Positions 11,073 through 22,009 of a stretch of DNA of 64,000 nt are shown one piece after another (the first letter of the stretch is position 1; every line of letters starts with the position of its first letter). The position numbers were made by a program, and so were the translations under genes. Under the pieces are notes generated by a model. It ran no database searches. It was given only the letters and a program-made list of their open reading frames with translations, and was not told the DNA's origin. Source of the stretch: an uncultured delta proteobacterium (lineage in GTDB: Bacteria; Desulfobacterota; Syntrophia; Syntrophales; UBA2185); NCBI GenBank assembly GCA_963729715.1, contig CAVSPA010000004.1, forward strand, positions 416,001-480,000. The letters are read 5' to 3'.

Positions 11073-11159
11073 ATTTCCTTTTTACAAATACTTTCGAATT
11101 ATATATAGAAGTGAATAACCTTTGTAAATAACTTTTGAGATTACGGAAAGCCCGAGGAA

Positions 11160-12800
11160 TTGAGCGCCATGGAAATCACTACCGACTTTTTGGTCTTGGG
11201 CAGCGGCATTGCGGGATTAAGCTTCGCCATCAAGGCAGCGGATATTGGCACTGTCGCCATAGTGACAAAGAAAGAAAAATCCGAATCAAACACGAATCTG
11301 GCTCAAGGCGGGATAGCAGCGGTTTATGACAAAGCGGACCGCTTTGAATATCATATCAATGATACCATCGCCGCCGGGGCCGGTCTCTGTAAAGAGGAAG
11401 TTGTCAGATTTGTCGTAATGGAAGGCCCTGAAAGGATCAAAGAGCTTCTCGAGTGGGGAGTGGAATTCACACGGGCGGGGGATGACGATCCCGGTCATTA
11501 TGACCTGGGACGAGAAGGCGGTCACTCTATGAGGCGCGTATTGCATGCGCGGGATCTCACGGGTCAGGAAATAGAGCGCGCGCTTCATGAAGAGGCCAGC
11601 CTGAAGAGAAATATACGAATTTTTGAAAACCATATCGGCATCGATCTTATATTGGAATCAGCTCTTACAGGCACAGAGAAAGGCCACCGGCAGAAGTGTC
11701 TCGGCGCCTATATTCTCGATACGGATCGCGATCAAATCCATACTTTTAAGGCGAAATTTGTCATTCTGGCCACGGGCGGTTCCGGCAAAGTTTACCTCAT
11801 TACAACAAATCCCGATATTGCCACAGGAGACGGCATTGCCATGGCCTACAGAGCGGGTGCCTTCATATCCAATATGGAGTTCATCCAGTTTCATCCCACC
11901 TGTCTATACCACCCCGAAGCGAAATCCTATCTCATCAGCGAAGCCTTGAGGGGGGAAGGCGGTCTCTTGAAATTAAAAGACGGGGCCACTTTCATGGGGA
12001 AATACCATCCCATGAAGAGCCTTGCACCGAGGGATATTGTCGCCAAGGCCATCGATACGGAACTGAAGAAATCCGGTGATGAATACGTCTTGCTCGACAT
12101 AACACACAGAGACAGAGATTTCATAATCGGCAGATTTCCCAATATCTACAAGAACTGTCTTGCTTTCGGCATAGATATCACAAGAGATCCAATCCCCGTC
12201 GCTCCTGCTGCTCACTACCAGTGCGGAGGCGTGCAGGTCGACCATTCCGGAGAAACTAATATCGAGAGGCTCTTTGCTTGCGGTGAGGTCGCATGCACCG
12301 GGCTCCATGGCGCAAACCGTCTGGCAAGCAACTCGCTTTTGGAAGCAGTGGTATTTGCCCATCGGTCATCTGTCAGAATAGCAGAGAGGTTTCCTGCCGC
12401 GAAAGATGAGCCGATACCCGTCCCGCCTTGGGATCCAAGGGGGGCCACGGAAAGCGATGAATCTATCGTTGTAGCCCACAATTGGGATGAAGTCAGAAGA
12501 TCTATGGGGAATTACGTGGGTATCGTTCGATCAAACAAGAGACTTGAGCGTGCTCAGCGTCGAATTGACCTCATCAGCCGTGAAATAGATGAATACTACA
12601 GAAATTTCATCGTCACGCGCGACCTGATCGAGCTCCGGAATATTGCAACGGTTGCGAAAATAATTATTCAATGCGCCAGGATAAGAAAAGAAAGCAGGGG
12701 CCTTCACTACAACATAGATTATCCGGAAAAAGACGACAGGCTGTGGTTGAAGGATACCGTGATTTGCAAAAACCAGCCGACAGGTAATGAAACACAGTAA
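11160..12800 (+). CDS. nadB: L-aspartate oxidase
   Basis: GSGIAGL FAD motif, AQGGIA, REGGHS, QFHPT, HGANRLASNSLLE, ESRGLHY. Confidence 0.96.
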   Translation: MSAMEITTDFLVLGSGIAGLSFAIKAADIGTVAIVTKKEKSESNTNLAQGGIAAVYDKADRFEYHINDTIAAGAGLCKEEVVRFVVMEGPERIKELLEWGVEFTRAGDDDPGHYDLGREGGHSMRRVLHARDLTGQEIERALHEEASLKRNIRIFENHIGIDLILESALTGTEKGHRQKCLGAYILDTDRDQIHTFKAKFVILATGGSGKVYLITTNPDIATGDGIAMAYRAGAFISNMEFIQFHPTCLYHPEAKSYLISEALRGEGGLLKLKDGATFMGKYHPMKSLAPRDIVAKAIDTELKKSGDEYVLLDITHRDRDFIIGRFPNIYKNCLAFGIDITRDPIPVAPAAHYQCGGVQVDHSGETNIERLFACGEVACTGLHGANRLASNSLLEAVVFAHRSSVRIAERFPAAKDEPIPVPPWDPRGATESDESIVVAHNWDEVRRSMGNYVGIVRSNKRLERAQRRIDLISREIDEYYRNFIVTRDLIELRNIATVAKIIIQCARIRKESRGLHYNIDYPEKDDRLWLKDTVICKNQPTGNETQ

Positions 12801-12840
12801 GCATGCATTCCACGATCCTGTTTACGCAACCTATGTGATA

Positions 12841-14133
12841 TCAGCCAAACACCCTCTTAAATATAAAATCAATATGCGAGAGGAAATTCTCGATTCTGCA
12901 TGCATCTTCTATATCTTTTGCATTCATGTGCGACATCACTTCGCTATCATCCGAAAGCAACCGCGGAAAATCAACTCCCTCATTCCATGATCGCATGGCA
13001 TTTCTTTGCACGACTCTATAGGCATCCTCTCTCGACATCCCGTGCTCAATGAGCTTCAAGAGCACCGTCTGCGAAAAAATAACCCCTTTCGTCATACCCA
13101 GATTTGCGAGCATCCTCTCCGGATAAATGACAAGATTTCGCACCAGATCAGTGAACCGGTGCAGCATGAAATCCAGGAGAATCGTGGCGTCGGGAGCAAT
13201 GACCCTCTCTACTGATGAGTGACTGATGTCCCGCTCATGCCAAAGGGCGACGTCCTCCAGCGAAGCCACTGCATATGACCTCATCAGGCGAGCCAGTCCG
13301 GACAGGTTTTCGGATAAGACGGGGTTCCTCTTGTGGGGCATAGCCGACGAGCCCTTCTGTCCCGGTGCGAAATATTCTTCCACCTCTCTCACTTCCGTTC
13401 TCTGAAGCAATCTTATCTCCTGGGAAAATTTGTCGATGGAAGACGCAATTATGGCGAGAGCGGTAAAAAATTCGGCGTGCCTGTCCCGCTGAACAATCTG
13501 GGATGATATGGGCGCAGGCTTCAGCCCCAGTTTCTTGCATACATATTCTTCGATTGAAGGATCAACAAAAGAGAATGTCCCGACCGCACCGGAAATCTTA
13601 CCATAACTGATTGCGTCTTTCGCCCGGACCAGACGTGCCAAATTCCTCTCCATTTCCTGGTACCAGAGGGCCATCTTCAGGCCGAACGTTATGGGTTCGG
13701 CGTGGATCCCGTGAGACCTGCCTATCATTACCGTGTGTCTATGTTCCATCGCTTTACTCTTCAAGACCGGCAGGAGCACGTTCACATCATCGATGAGTAT
13801 TTGTGACGCCTCTCTCAGAAGAACGGCAAGCGACGTATCCAGGACATCCGACGAGGTAAGGCCCATATGAATAAACCTGCCGTCTTCGCCCACCTTTTCC
13901 GTCAGGGAAGTCAGGAAAGCGATCACGTCATGTTTCGTAGTCTTTTCTATCTCCTCAATTCTCGCTATGTCAAGCCCGGCTCTATCTTTGATATTCCTGA
14001 GCGACTCTTCGGGAATATCCCCTCTTTTAGCCATAGCTTCGCACGCCAATATCTCTATATCGAGCCATGTCTGATATCTCTTCTCCGCCAGCCACACGGC
14101 GTTCATCCTGTCTCTCGAATATCTTGGGATCAA
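12841..14133 (-). CDS. purB: Adenylosuccinate lyase
   Basis: GSSAMPHKRNP, GRSHGIHAEP, HERDISHSS. Confidence 0.97.
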   Translation of the reverse strand: MIPRYSRDRMNAVWLAEKRYQTWLDIEILACEAMAKRGDIPEESLRNIKDRAGLDIARIEEIEKTTKHDVIAFLTSLTEKVGEDGRFIHMGLTSSDVLDTSLAVLLREASQILIDDVNVLLPVLKSKAMEHRHTVMIGRSHGIHAEPITFGLKMALWYQEMERNLARLVRAKDAISYGKISGAVGTFSFVDPSIEEYVCKKLGLKPAPISSQIVQRDRHAEFFTALAIIASSIDKFSQEIRLLQRTEVREVEEYFAPGQKGSSAMPHKRNPVLSENLSGLARLMRSYAVASLEDVALWHERDISHSSVERVIAPDATILLDFMLHRFTDLVRNLVIYPERMLANLGMTKGVIFSQTVLLKLIEHGMSREDAYRVVQRNAMRSWNEGVDFPRLLSDDSEVMSHMNAKDIEDACRIENFLSHIDFIFKRVFG

Positions 14134-14386
14134 TTTTCCCCTCCTGATATCTTTATTGTTTTTCTTCGAACCAGTCGCATTGCTTGTGAAATATAGAACA
14201 AATCACCCGAAAAAGAAATCAAAAAAGCTGTATATATCGCACTATATAACGTATAATAATTTGTCTGAATATCGGCCCGTGCAGGCACGCTTCTTTGCAC
14301 CATATTGCTTTGCTGCGGAATTTCTGAGAAGGGCTTAGCAATTCGTGTACTGAATTCATGCACGACTCTTAGGGAGGAGCGGGAAG

Positions 14387-14977
14387 ATGAATATTTCTGA
14401 TTTTAGAAAACCGGATTTCGAAATAGATCAATTTTTTCTGAACAGGTGGTCGCCGCGCAGCATGTCAGGTGATGAGATCAGCCGGGACTTATTATTTTCT
14501 CTTTTTGAGGCAGCCCGGTGGGCCCCCTCATCAAACAACAACCAGCCTTGGCGGTTTCTTTATGCGCGAAGAAATACGGATTACTGGCCCACATTTTTTG
14601 ATCTCCTGACCGAACAAAATAAAATTTGGGCAAAGAATGCCGCCGTTTTGATCGTGGTTATCTCCAAGAAAACCTTCGACTACAATGAAAAGCCGGCGCG
14701 CACTCATTCATACGATACAGGTGCAGCCTGGGAGAATCTCGCCCTTCAGGGGTCTTTGAAGGCATTGGTCGTCCATGGCATGCAGGGTTTTGATTATGAC
14801 AAAGCAAGGATAGCTCTCAATATTCCCGATGTCTTTCAGGTCGAGGCGATGATAGCCATGGGAAGACCCGGGAAGAAGGAGGATCTCCCGGGGAGCCTCC
14901 ACGAGAGGGAAATGCCCTCACCAAGAAAGAATCTTTCCGAAATCGTGATGGAAGGAAAATTCACGCTTGAAAAATAG
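14387..14977 (+). CDS. Nitroreductase family protein
   Basis: RWSPRS, EAARWAPSSNNNQPWRF, HGMQGFD. Confidence 0.92.
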   Translation: MNISDFRKPDFEIDQFFLNRWSPRSMSGDEISRDLLFSLFEAARWAPSSNNNQPWRFLYARRNTDYWPTFFDLLTEQNKIWAKNAAVLIVVISKKTFDYNEKPARTHSYDTGAAWENLALQGSLKALVVHGMQGFDYDKARIALNIPDVFQVEAMIAMGRPGKKEDLPGSLHEREMPSPRKNLSEIVMEGKFTLEK

Positions 14978-15098
14978 CATTGCATGACTTCAAACACTCA
15001 TCTAATTATCTTCTTATTATTTACTTGCACCGTCTCTTGTATCCGAGGAATGCGTTTTTATTTTGCCGGCAATAGACCACAATGCAGAGGAAAAGAAT

Positions 15099-15890
15099 AT
15101 GTTTCTGTTTAAAAAAATTGTCGCCCCCCTATTCTACCCCATGACACTGATCCTTGCGTTTCTCACAGGCGGTCTCCTCCTCCTTTGGTTTACGAGAAAG
15201 CAAAGAACCGGAAAAGCGCTCATAACGTTGGGTGTGATCACATTTGCCCTTCTTGGCTATGGGTCTTTCTCCGACCTGCTCCTCGCGCCCCTTGAACGGC
15301 AATATCCTCCACTCATGGCGGCGGGCGGCGGCGGCGGGCTGCCTTCTTCTGGTTCAATACAGTCCGTAAAGTGGATTGCCCTTCTCGGCGCGGGCCATGT
15401 TGCCGATCCAAGCGTTCCCGTCACAAGCCAGATATCAGAGGAATCCCTCACCCGCCTTGTGGAATGCGTCCGCATCCACCGGATGATTGCGGGGAGCAAA
15501 ATCATCCTTTCCGGAGGGGCGGTCTATGATTCAGCATCCGAGGCGGCAACCTTTGCAAAGGTTGCCGCAATTCTCAACGTCAATGCGCGGGATATTGTTC
15601 TCGAGGAGGTCTCGAGGGATACGGAGGAGGGGGCAGAAAATATACGCTCTATCGTGGGTCAAGACCGCTTCATCTTAGTGACCTCTGCGTATCACATGCC
15701 CAGGGCCATGGCCATCTTTAATAAAGCGGGGCTTAAGCCGATCCCCGCCCCGACCAACCACTTCATCAAAGAGAGACAAGGGTGGGCTCCGGAAGATTTT
15801 TATCCCTCCTCCACGGGGCTTATGAAGGCGGAGCGCGCCGTGCATGAATATCTTGGTCTTTTATGGTTCAAGATGACAAACACGCGGTGA
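15099..15890 (+). CDS. YdcF/DUF218 (ElyC-like) envelope protein
   Basis: N-terminal transmembrane helices, ILSGG, SRDT, LVTSAYHMPRA, HEYLG. Confidence 0.88.
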   Translation: MFLFKKIVAPLFYPMTLILAFLTGGLLLLWFTRKQRTGKALITLGVITFALLGYGSFSDLLLAPLERQYPPLMAAGGGGGLPSSGSIQSVKWIALLGAGHVADPSVPVTSQISEESLTRLVECVRIHRMIAGSKIILSGGAVYDSASEAATFAKVAAILNVNARDIVLEEVSRDTEEGAENIRSIVGQDRFILVTSAYHMPRAMAIFNKAGLKPIPAPTNHFIKERQGWAPEDFYPSSTGLMKAERAVHEYLGLLWFKMTNTR

Positions 15891-15999
15891 TGCTCCCGGC
15901 AAAAAACGAATCTTGAATTTATGACGCTTAAATGTTAGAAAGCGCGAACCTTAGAACCGTTCTCAGAAAATAGGAACTCATGGAACAGGAGATGCAAAT

Positions 16000-17691
16000 A
16001 TGAAATACAATCTAAAGTTGTCGCTATGCCTTCTTCTTTTGTTTACGGCATTCGGCGCGCTCGCGGCAAAAGGTGAAAAAACAGTGGCTGTGCTGCCATT
16101 TTCCGTACACAGCGCAGAAAGCATTGACTATGTCAAACAGGGTATCTGGGACATGCTCTCTTCCCGGATCGCCGTCACTGACAAGATAGAGGTCATCAGC
16201 AAGGATTCCGTCCTGCAGGCGATGAAAGGAAAGGAAGGGAAGGATCTGGCCGTTCAAGATATTTACGGCCTCGGGAAAAAAATGAATGCCGATTTTGTCG
16301 TATACGGAAGCATTACAAAGTTTGGCAATAGTATAAGCATAGACGGGAAGCTTGTAGATATCGCTGCGAACAAGTCGACGGTAAGTCTCTTTACTCAGAG
16401 CCAGGGCATGGACGAGGTCATAGCGAAGATCAATGACTTTGCCCGTAACATAGACAACAATATCCTCGGCACTGTCCCACCGTCCTTCGCCACGCCGCAG
16501 GCGTCAGCGCCGGCGCCGCAGCAGCAGCAGACGCCGCAGGATTCCCGTGAATCGGAGATCATCGGAGGGATGAAGAAGAGCAAGAAAGGCACCTTCACCT
16601 CTGTCATCAACCCTGACTTCATAACCTCTGCCAGGCCTCTCGATAGAAAAGGTTTCTGGATGAGTCAAAAATTTCCTACCGAATTCAGGGGCATGGATAT
16701 TGGTGATGTCACGGGTGACGGTCTGAATAAAGTCGTCATTATCGATACGCATAACGTCATGATATACCAAAAGAAAGACAAAGATTTTGTCCTGCTTCAA
16801 AAGATACCGGGGAAATCATCCCAAAATTTTCTTGCCGTCGACGTGGCTGACATCAATAGAAACGGCGTTAAAGAAATCATCGTCACCAGCATGACGCGAA
16901 ATATGGTTGATTCCTTTGTCCTTGAATACAGGGACGGAAAGTTCGTAGAGATCGCCTCAAAGCTGCCCTGGTACATGAGGGTCATTGACGCTCCTGCGGG
17001 GCCTATCCTGCTGGGTCAGACCAGGGGAATGGAGACGCCCTTCAGCAACCCCATACATGAGATAATATGGGAGGAGGGAAAATACAAAGAGGGAAAGACG
17101 ATGAAAATCCCCGTGGGACTTTCCGTCTACGGTCTCGCAATGGATAATCTCGGAACCGGCGGAGGTGAAAAGATAATAGCTCTTGATAATTATGACTATC
17201 TTTCCATATACGAACCAACGGACAAACCCCTCATGAGTCTTCAGCGCCTAGGGGGAAGCCCTGAACGAATCTACAAAAGCGATGACAACTACGGGGGAAG
17301 CAACACCGCGATAGTAAATGATGATCTTTCGCCGGATAATGAAAACAAAATTACCTTCATTAATTCGAGAATTCTGACTCTTGATACCGGCAAAGAAGGC
17401 AAGAAGGAACTTATTATCGTGAAAAACCTGTCATCCGTCGGAAGAGTGCTCAAGAATGTAAAGGTTTTCACATCAAGTGAGATATACGACCTTGAATGGG
17501 ATGGTCTCGGTCTTGTTGAAAATTGGAAAACAAGAAAGATCAGCGGCTACGTAGCCGACTACCAGTTGAAGGACCTCGACAATGACGGGCAGAAAGAGAT
17601 AGTGCTTGCCCTCGTCCTGTCGGTGGGCGGGTCTGTTTCCGATAGAAGTGTTATTGTCTCCTATAAGATGAGCCGGGAGCAGAATCCATAA
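16000..17691 (+). CDS. Secreted protein with a TolB-N/CsgG-like N-terminal domain and FG-GAP/VCBS repeats
   Basis: Signal peptide, VAVLPF motif, P/Q-rich linker, repeats GDVTGDG, ADINRNG, KDLDNDG. Confidence 0.8.
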   Translation: MKYNLKLSLCLLLLFTAFGALAAKGEKTVAVLPFSVHSAESIDYVKQGIWDMLSSRIAVTDKIEVISKDSVLQAMKGKEGKDLAVQDIYGLGKKMNADFVVYGSITKFGNSISIDGKLVDIAANKSTVSLFTQSQGMDEVIAKINDFARNIDNNILGTVPPSFATPQASAPAPQQQQTPQDSRESEIIGGMKKSKKGTFTSVINPDFITSARPLDRKGFWMSQKFPTEFRGMDIGDVTGDGLNKVVIIDTHNVMIYQKKDKDFVLLQKIPGKSSQNFLAVDVADINRNGVKEIIVTSMTRNMVDSFVLEYRDGKFVEIASKLPWYMRVIDAPAGPILLGQTRGMETPFSNPIHEIIWEEGKYKEGKTMKIPVGLSVYGLAMDNLGTGGGEKIIALDNYDYLSIYEPTDKPLMSLQRLGGSPERIYKSDDNYGGSNTAIVNDDLSPDNENKITFINSRILTLDTGKEGKKELIIVKNLSSVGRVLKNVKVFTSSEIYDLEWDGLGLVENWKTRKISGYVADYQLKDLDNDGQKEIVLALVLSVGGSVSDRSVIVSYKMSREQNP

Positions 17692-17830
17692 GAGGGATTG
17701 ACAATACTCTTGGACTCTTATATTAATTTCTATTATTAATATAACTTCTTCACAGGCATGAATTGTCGGTAAGAAGCTTTTCACATAGTGCCTGTCGCGG
17801 ACGACGCTGTATCAATTTTAGTTAGATCAT

Positions 17831-17907
17831 GGCGGTGTAGCTCAGACGGTTAGAGCATACGGCTCATATCCGTAGTGTCCGGGGTTCGATTCCCTGCACC
17901 GCCACCA
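17831..17907 (+). tRNA. tRNA-Met (CAT), probably elongator
   Basis: GGCGGTG...CACCGCC-ACCA acceptor stem, anticodon arm TACGG-CTCATAT-CCGTA, GGTTCGATTCC T-arm. Confidence 0.95.
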
Positions 17908-17920
17908 TTTAAATTATTTG

Positions 17921-17950
17921 AAGGCCTGGTATTAGACCAGGCTTTTCTTT
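17921..17950 (+). terminator. Intrinsic terminator after tRNA-Met
   Basis: GCCTGGT-ATTAG-ACCAGGC followed by TTTTCTTT. Confidence 0.75.
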
Positions 17951-18021
17951 ATCCGCATGGAAAGCGCAATTATGAGTCGGGAGTTTCGTATGCGGATAGC
18001 CGTGCAATAGGTGAATTTCCC

Positions 18022-19002
18022 ATGGAGGATAAATTTCTGCCCCGGTCCTGGATCAGAAACCCGCATGCACAGACGATGTTGGGATGCCTAAAAATAAGAA
18101 GTTGGGGTCGGCACCCGATGAACGAATGCGCGAGGAAAATGATTATTGAGGGGGGAAATGGCGTGCGACTCCTCGGTTATCACTCGCAGCAGACTTCTGG
18201 ACACAGCAGGGGTCTAATCACATTTATCCACGGATGGGAAGGGAGTTCTCACTCTACCTACGTCCTTTCCACGGGGAAATATCTTTACGAGAGAGGTTAT
18301 GATATATTCCGGCTTAATCTGCGAGACCACGGCGACAGTCACCACCTGAATGAAGGTCTTTTTCATGGAGCTCTCATAGAGGAGACATTTCAAGCCATTC
18401 ACAGTATCTCTCGTTTGTCCGAAAACAAGCCATATCACCTCATCGGCTTTTCCTTAGGGGGAAATTTCGCACTCCGCATAGCGGTGAAACACTCTTTCTC
18501 CGAGATTTCAAATCTGAGACAGGTCATCGCCGTCAGTCCCGCTCTTGATCCTTACAAAGCCACTCTGTCCATCGATGAAAGTCTCTCCATCTACCGATAT
18601 TACTTCCTCAACAAATGGAAACGTTCGCTTAGAAAAAAGCAACTGCTTTTCCGCGATAAATATGATTTTCGCCGCATGCTGAAGATTCGGACATGCATGG
18701 GACTTACTGAGGCCGTCATGCCGTACTTTCCCGATTTCAAGACTTACAGAGAATACTTCGAACAATACACGCTGCGGGACGATTTCTTCCGCGATCTTGC
18801 CGTTCCCGTTACCATCATTGCCTCTGGCGATGACCCCATAGTATCTATCGGCGACGTCCGTGCTCTGAAAGAAACGGGATATCTCCGAATTTCTCTGCAG
18901 GCATACGGAGGGCACTGCGGCTTCATTGATTTCTTCCCCTTCGGGTGCTGGTATGAGGGGGAAATTGAACGAATTTTACGCCGGTCGGAAAAAAACTCAT
19001 GA
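18022..19002 (+). CDS. YheT-family alpha/beta hydrolase
   Basis: NPHAQT, HGWEGSS, GFSLGGN nucleophile elbow, DDPIV, GGHCGF. Confidence 0.9.
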   Translation: MEDKFLPRSWIRNPHAQTMLGCLKIRSWGRHPMNECARKMIIEGGNGVRLLGYHSQQTSGHSRGLITFIHGWEGSSHSTYVLSTGKYLYERGYDIFRLNLRDHGDSHHLNEGLFHGALIEETFQAIHSISRLSENKPYHLIGFSLGGNFALRIAVKHSFSEISNLRQVIAVSPALDPYKATLSIDESLSIYRYYFLNKWKRSLRKKQLLFRDKYDFRRMLKIRTCMGLTEAVMPYFPDFKTYREYFEQYTLRDDFFRDLAVPVTIIASGDDPIVSIGDVRALKETGYLRISLQAYGGHCGFIDFFPFGCWYEGEIERILRRSEKNS

Positions 19003-19877
19003 ACGTTATAAATGCTGAATGCCTTTCTAATAAGGATCAATTTCTCTCTTTGGTCGCGGAGAAGCTGGGAAGGTGTCCCATTGATTTTACTAAAAAGATG
19101 GATTTTATCAGAAGGACCAGAAATGATCGAGAGGTCCATTCGGCTGCCGGTGTATTGCTGCTCCTGCATTACAGAGGCGACGAACATGCGCCAATCGGCG
19201 CTAAAGGCGAATTCATCTTCCAGCTCATTAAACGCTCCGCAAGTGTTGCGCAACCGGGCGACCTCAGTTGCCCCGGCGGCATGTTACACGCTTTTGTAGA
19301 CCCAGTTCTGTCGCCCCTGATATCAAGGGGAATAATCCCCGTTCTTACGGGTGATCCACTGCGATACGCCAGGCTCCGGGATAGAGAAACCTTCAAGATT
19401 ATCAGACTGCTTCTTGCCAATGCCGTAAGAGAGGCATGGGAAGAGACCGGACTCAAACCCTGGAATATCTTTTTTTTGGGACCTCTTCCTTCTTATTCCC
19501 TGATCCTCTTCAGAAGGACAATCTTCCCCCTCGTCGGTTTTGCAAAAAAGGATTGGCATTTTTGCCCCAGCTCAGAGGTCGAGCACATCATTGAAATCCC
19601 TCTTAAGGCTTTTCTCGATGAAGGCAACTACGGGCTTTACAATGTAGAAACTGCAAGTGGGCTGAAGACAGTTAGAGAGAGACCGAGGGAATTTCCTTGC
19701 CTCATCACCCGGGACGACCGGGGCAAGGAAGAGATTCTCTGGGGAGCCACCTTCTACATCATCATGAGCTTTTTAAAGATTGTCTTCGATTTCGAAATCC
19801 CGACGATGCATGCAAGGAGAATAATAAACAGAACCCTTGGACCTGAATACTTAACGGGTCATCAAGAAAAGCGCTGA
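18999..19877 (+). CDS. Nudix hydrolase, CoA-pyrophosphatase-like
   Basis: KRS...QPGDLSCPGG...AVREAWEETG and ILWGAT motifs. Confidence 0.8.
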   Translation: MNVINAECLSNKDQFLSLVAEKLGRCPIDFTKKMDFIRRTRNDREVHSAAGVLLLLHYRGDEHAPIGAKGEFIFQLIKRSASVAQPGDLSCPGGMLHAFVDPVLSPLISRGIIPVLTGDPLRYARLRDRETFKIIRLLLANAVREAWEETGLKPWNIFFLGPLPSYSLILFRRTIFPLVGFAKKDWHFCPSSEVEHIIEIPLKAFLDEGNYGLYNVETASGLKTVRERPREFPCLITRDDRGKEEILWGATFYIIMSFLKIVFDFEIPTMHARRIINRTLGPEYLTGHQEKR

Positions 19878-20008
19878 GTGTAATGCACTTTTTTCTATTG
19901 ACAAGATATGATCAAGTGGTTACTTACGGCCATAGCCGAACGGGAATGCGCCCATACTTATGGCTCAGTTCCCCTGCACCTCATAACTAAAGCTGTCTCC
20001 TTGATTCT

Positions 20009-21157
20009 ATGATAACAACAAGAGCATCGGAAATCCTCCCCTTTATCGTCATGGACGTCCTGGAAAAGGCCCAGGAGATGGAGAGAAGGGGAGAAGATAT
20101 TATTCATCTCGAAGTTGGTGAGCCTGACTTTGATACGCCGGAATGCATCAGAGAGGCAGGTTGCCGGGCTATGAGATGCGGGAAAACGCATTATACCCAT
20201 AGTCTCGGTTTGCTCGAGTTGCGAGAGGCAATTTGCGAACATTACTTCGACAAATATACCGTGGTAATCTCGCCTGATCAGGTTGTGGTGACTTCCGGTA
20301 CGTCGCCGGCCATGCTCGTACTCTTCGCTACGATATTGAATGCCGGCGACGAGATCATCATTTCAGACCCCCATTATGCCTGCTACCCAAACTTCATCAG
20401 ATTTTTCGAGGGCATCCCGATAACGGTCGATGTTTATGAAGAAGAAGGCTTTCAGTATGCCTCCCAGGCAATAAAAGAAAAAATAAGCCGGTCCACCAAA
20501 GGAATCATGATAAATTCGCCCTCCAACCCGACGGGGAACCTCCTCAGCCCCGTGAGAATGGCGGAAATTGCAGCGCTTGGCGTTCCGGTAATCTCCGACG
20601 AGATTTACCATGGCCTCGTCTACGAAGAAAAAGAGCACAGCATCCTTGAATTTACGGACAATGCCTTTGTATTCAACGGCTTTTCCAAGGCATATGCCAT
20701 GACCGGATGGCGTCTTGGCTATTTGATTGCCCCCAGATCCTATATCAGGCCCATGCAGAAGTTGCTGCAGAACCTTTTCATATCCGCAAACTCCTTCGTC
20801 CAATGGGCTGGTGTAACTGCCTTGCGAGAGGCAGGAGAAGAAGTTGACCGCATGAGAAGGATCTACAATGAAAGAAGAAAGTTCATAATCAAGCGTCTGC
20901 GGGAAATGGGGCTCGGTGTCAAGGTGGAACCCACAGGCGCCTTCTACGTCCTCGGAAACATAAAATCCCTGTCAAACGACTCATACAAAATGGCCTTCGA
21001 CATTCTCGAAAAGGCCCGTGTAGGCGTCACCCCGGGCATTGACTTCGGCAAGAACTGCGAGGGTTATTTGCGCTTTTCTTATGCAAACTCTCTCGAAAAC
21101 ATCGCAGAAGGCATGCAACGTCTCGAAAAATATCTAAAGGAAACGTTCGGTCATTGA
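20009..21157 (+). CDS. Class I/II PLP-dependent aminotransferase
   Basis: GEPDF, NSPSNPTG, SDEIY, GFSKAYAMTGWRLG. Confidence 0.95.
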   Translation: MITTRASEILPFIVMDVLEKAQEMERRGEDIIHLEVGEPDFDTPECIREAGCRAMRCGKTHYTHSLGLLELREAICEHYFDKYTVVISPDQVVVTSGTSPAMLVLFATILNAGDEIIISDPHYACYPNFIRFFEGIPITVDVYEEEGFQYASQAIKEKISRSTKGIMINSPSNPTGNLLSPVRMAEIAALGVPVISDEIYHGLVYEEKEHSILEFTDNAFVFNGFSKAYAMTGWRLGYLIAPRSYIRPMQKLLQNLFISANSFVQWAGVTALREAGEEVDRMRRIYNERRKFIIKRLREMGLGVKVEPTGAFYVLGNIKSLSNDSYKMAFDILEKARVGVTPGIDFGKNCEGYLRFSYANSLENIAEGMQRLEKYLKETFGH

Positions 21158-21816
21158 AGGCGACGAGATCAACCCATGCCGTCTTTTTTGATTTCGATGG
21201 CACCCTGGCAAAACTGAATATTGATTTCCCGCTAATGAGGCAGGCTGTTCTCGATCTTGCAGGGGCATACGATGTGCCTTTGCAGGGAATGAGAAACCTC
21301 TACGTCCTCGAAATCATCAAAGCCGCGCAGGAATTGATTTCTGAAATAGATCCCGACAAAGAAGAAGCCTTTTTGGAGCAGGCGGTCACACTCATTACGA
21401 AAATCGAAATTGAAGCGGCAAAAAAAGGTGAACTCATAGGAGGAACGAGAGACATGCTTGCCGAGTTGAAAAGACGCAATATCAAGGCCGGGGTTGTAAC
21501 CAGAAACTGTCAGGCAGCCGTTATCACGGTGTTTCCCGATATCTTCAATTATTGCGGTGCCGTCATCACGAGAGAAATGACCCGTAATGTCAAGCCTCAT
21601 CCTGACCATCTTTTGGTCGCCCTCCAATCGCTCGACGCTCTCCCGCAATCATCATTTATGGTCGGTGATCATCCCATGGACATCAAAATCGGCAAGGATG
21701 CAGGCACCTTAACAGTGGGCGTCCTTACCGGGTATTCAAAATCAGACGCGCTCTCAAACGCGGGAGCTGATTTCATCCTCAGCAAGGCCGCAGATATCAT
21801 CGATTTATTGTCTTAA
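21154..21816 (+). CDS. HAD-superfamily hydrolase (phosphoglycolate phosphatase-like)
   Basis: FDFDGTL, VTRN, KPHPD, MVGDHPMD. Confidence 0.9.
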   Translation: MKATRSTHAVFFDFDGTLAKLNIDFPLMRQAVLDLAGAYDVPLQGMRNLYVLEIIKAAQELISEIDPDKEEAFLEQAVTLITKIEIEAAKKGELIGGTRDMLAELKRRNIKAGVVTRNCQAAVITVFPDIFNYCGAVITREMTRNVKPHPDHLLVALQSLDALPQSSFMVGDHPMDIKIGKDAGTLTVGVLTGYSKSDALSNAGADFILSKAADIIDLLS

Positions 21817-22009
21817 GCTTTTTTTGGCGGCCCGAAGACCCTTTTAGTCTCGCCCGCTGCTGCAAGTCGCGCCAAAAATTCATGTATTTATAGTTTTCCG
21901 GCATTCTTTTCTTGACATAATCATGACTTATCGATTAATTTCAAACAATCAGAGAGAGAGTTCCTTGTGGGAATCAGTCTTTAGTTTTGAATTACAAGGT
22001 TCGGCCTTT

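Noticed and set aside
17875..18021. N-terminal extension of the hydrolase ORF
   Set aside because: It runs through tRNA-Met and its terminator; the ATG at 18022 fits the family better.
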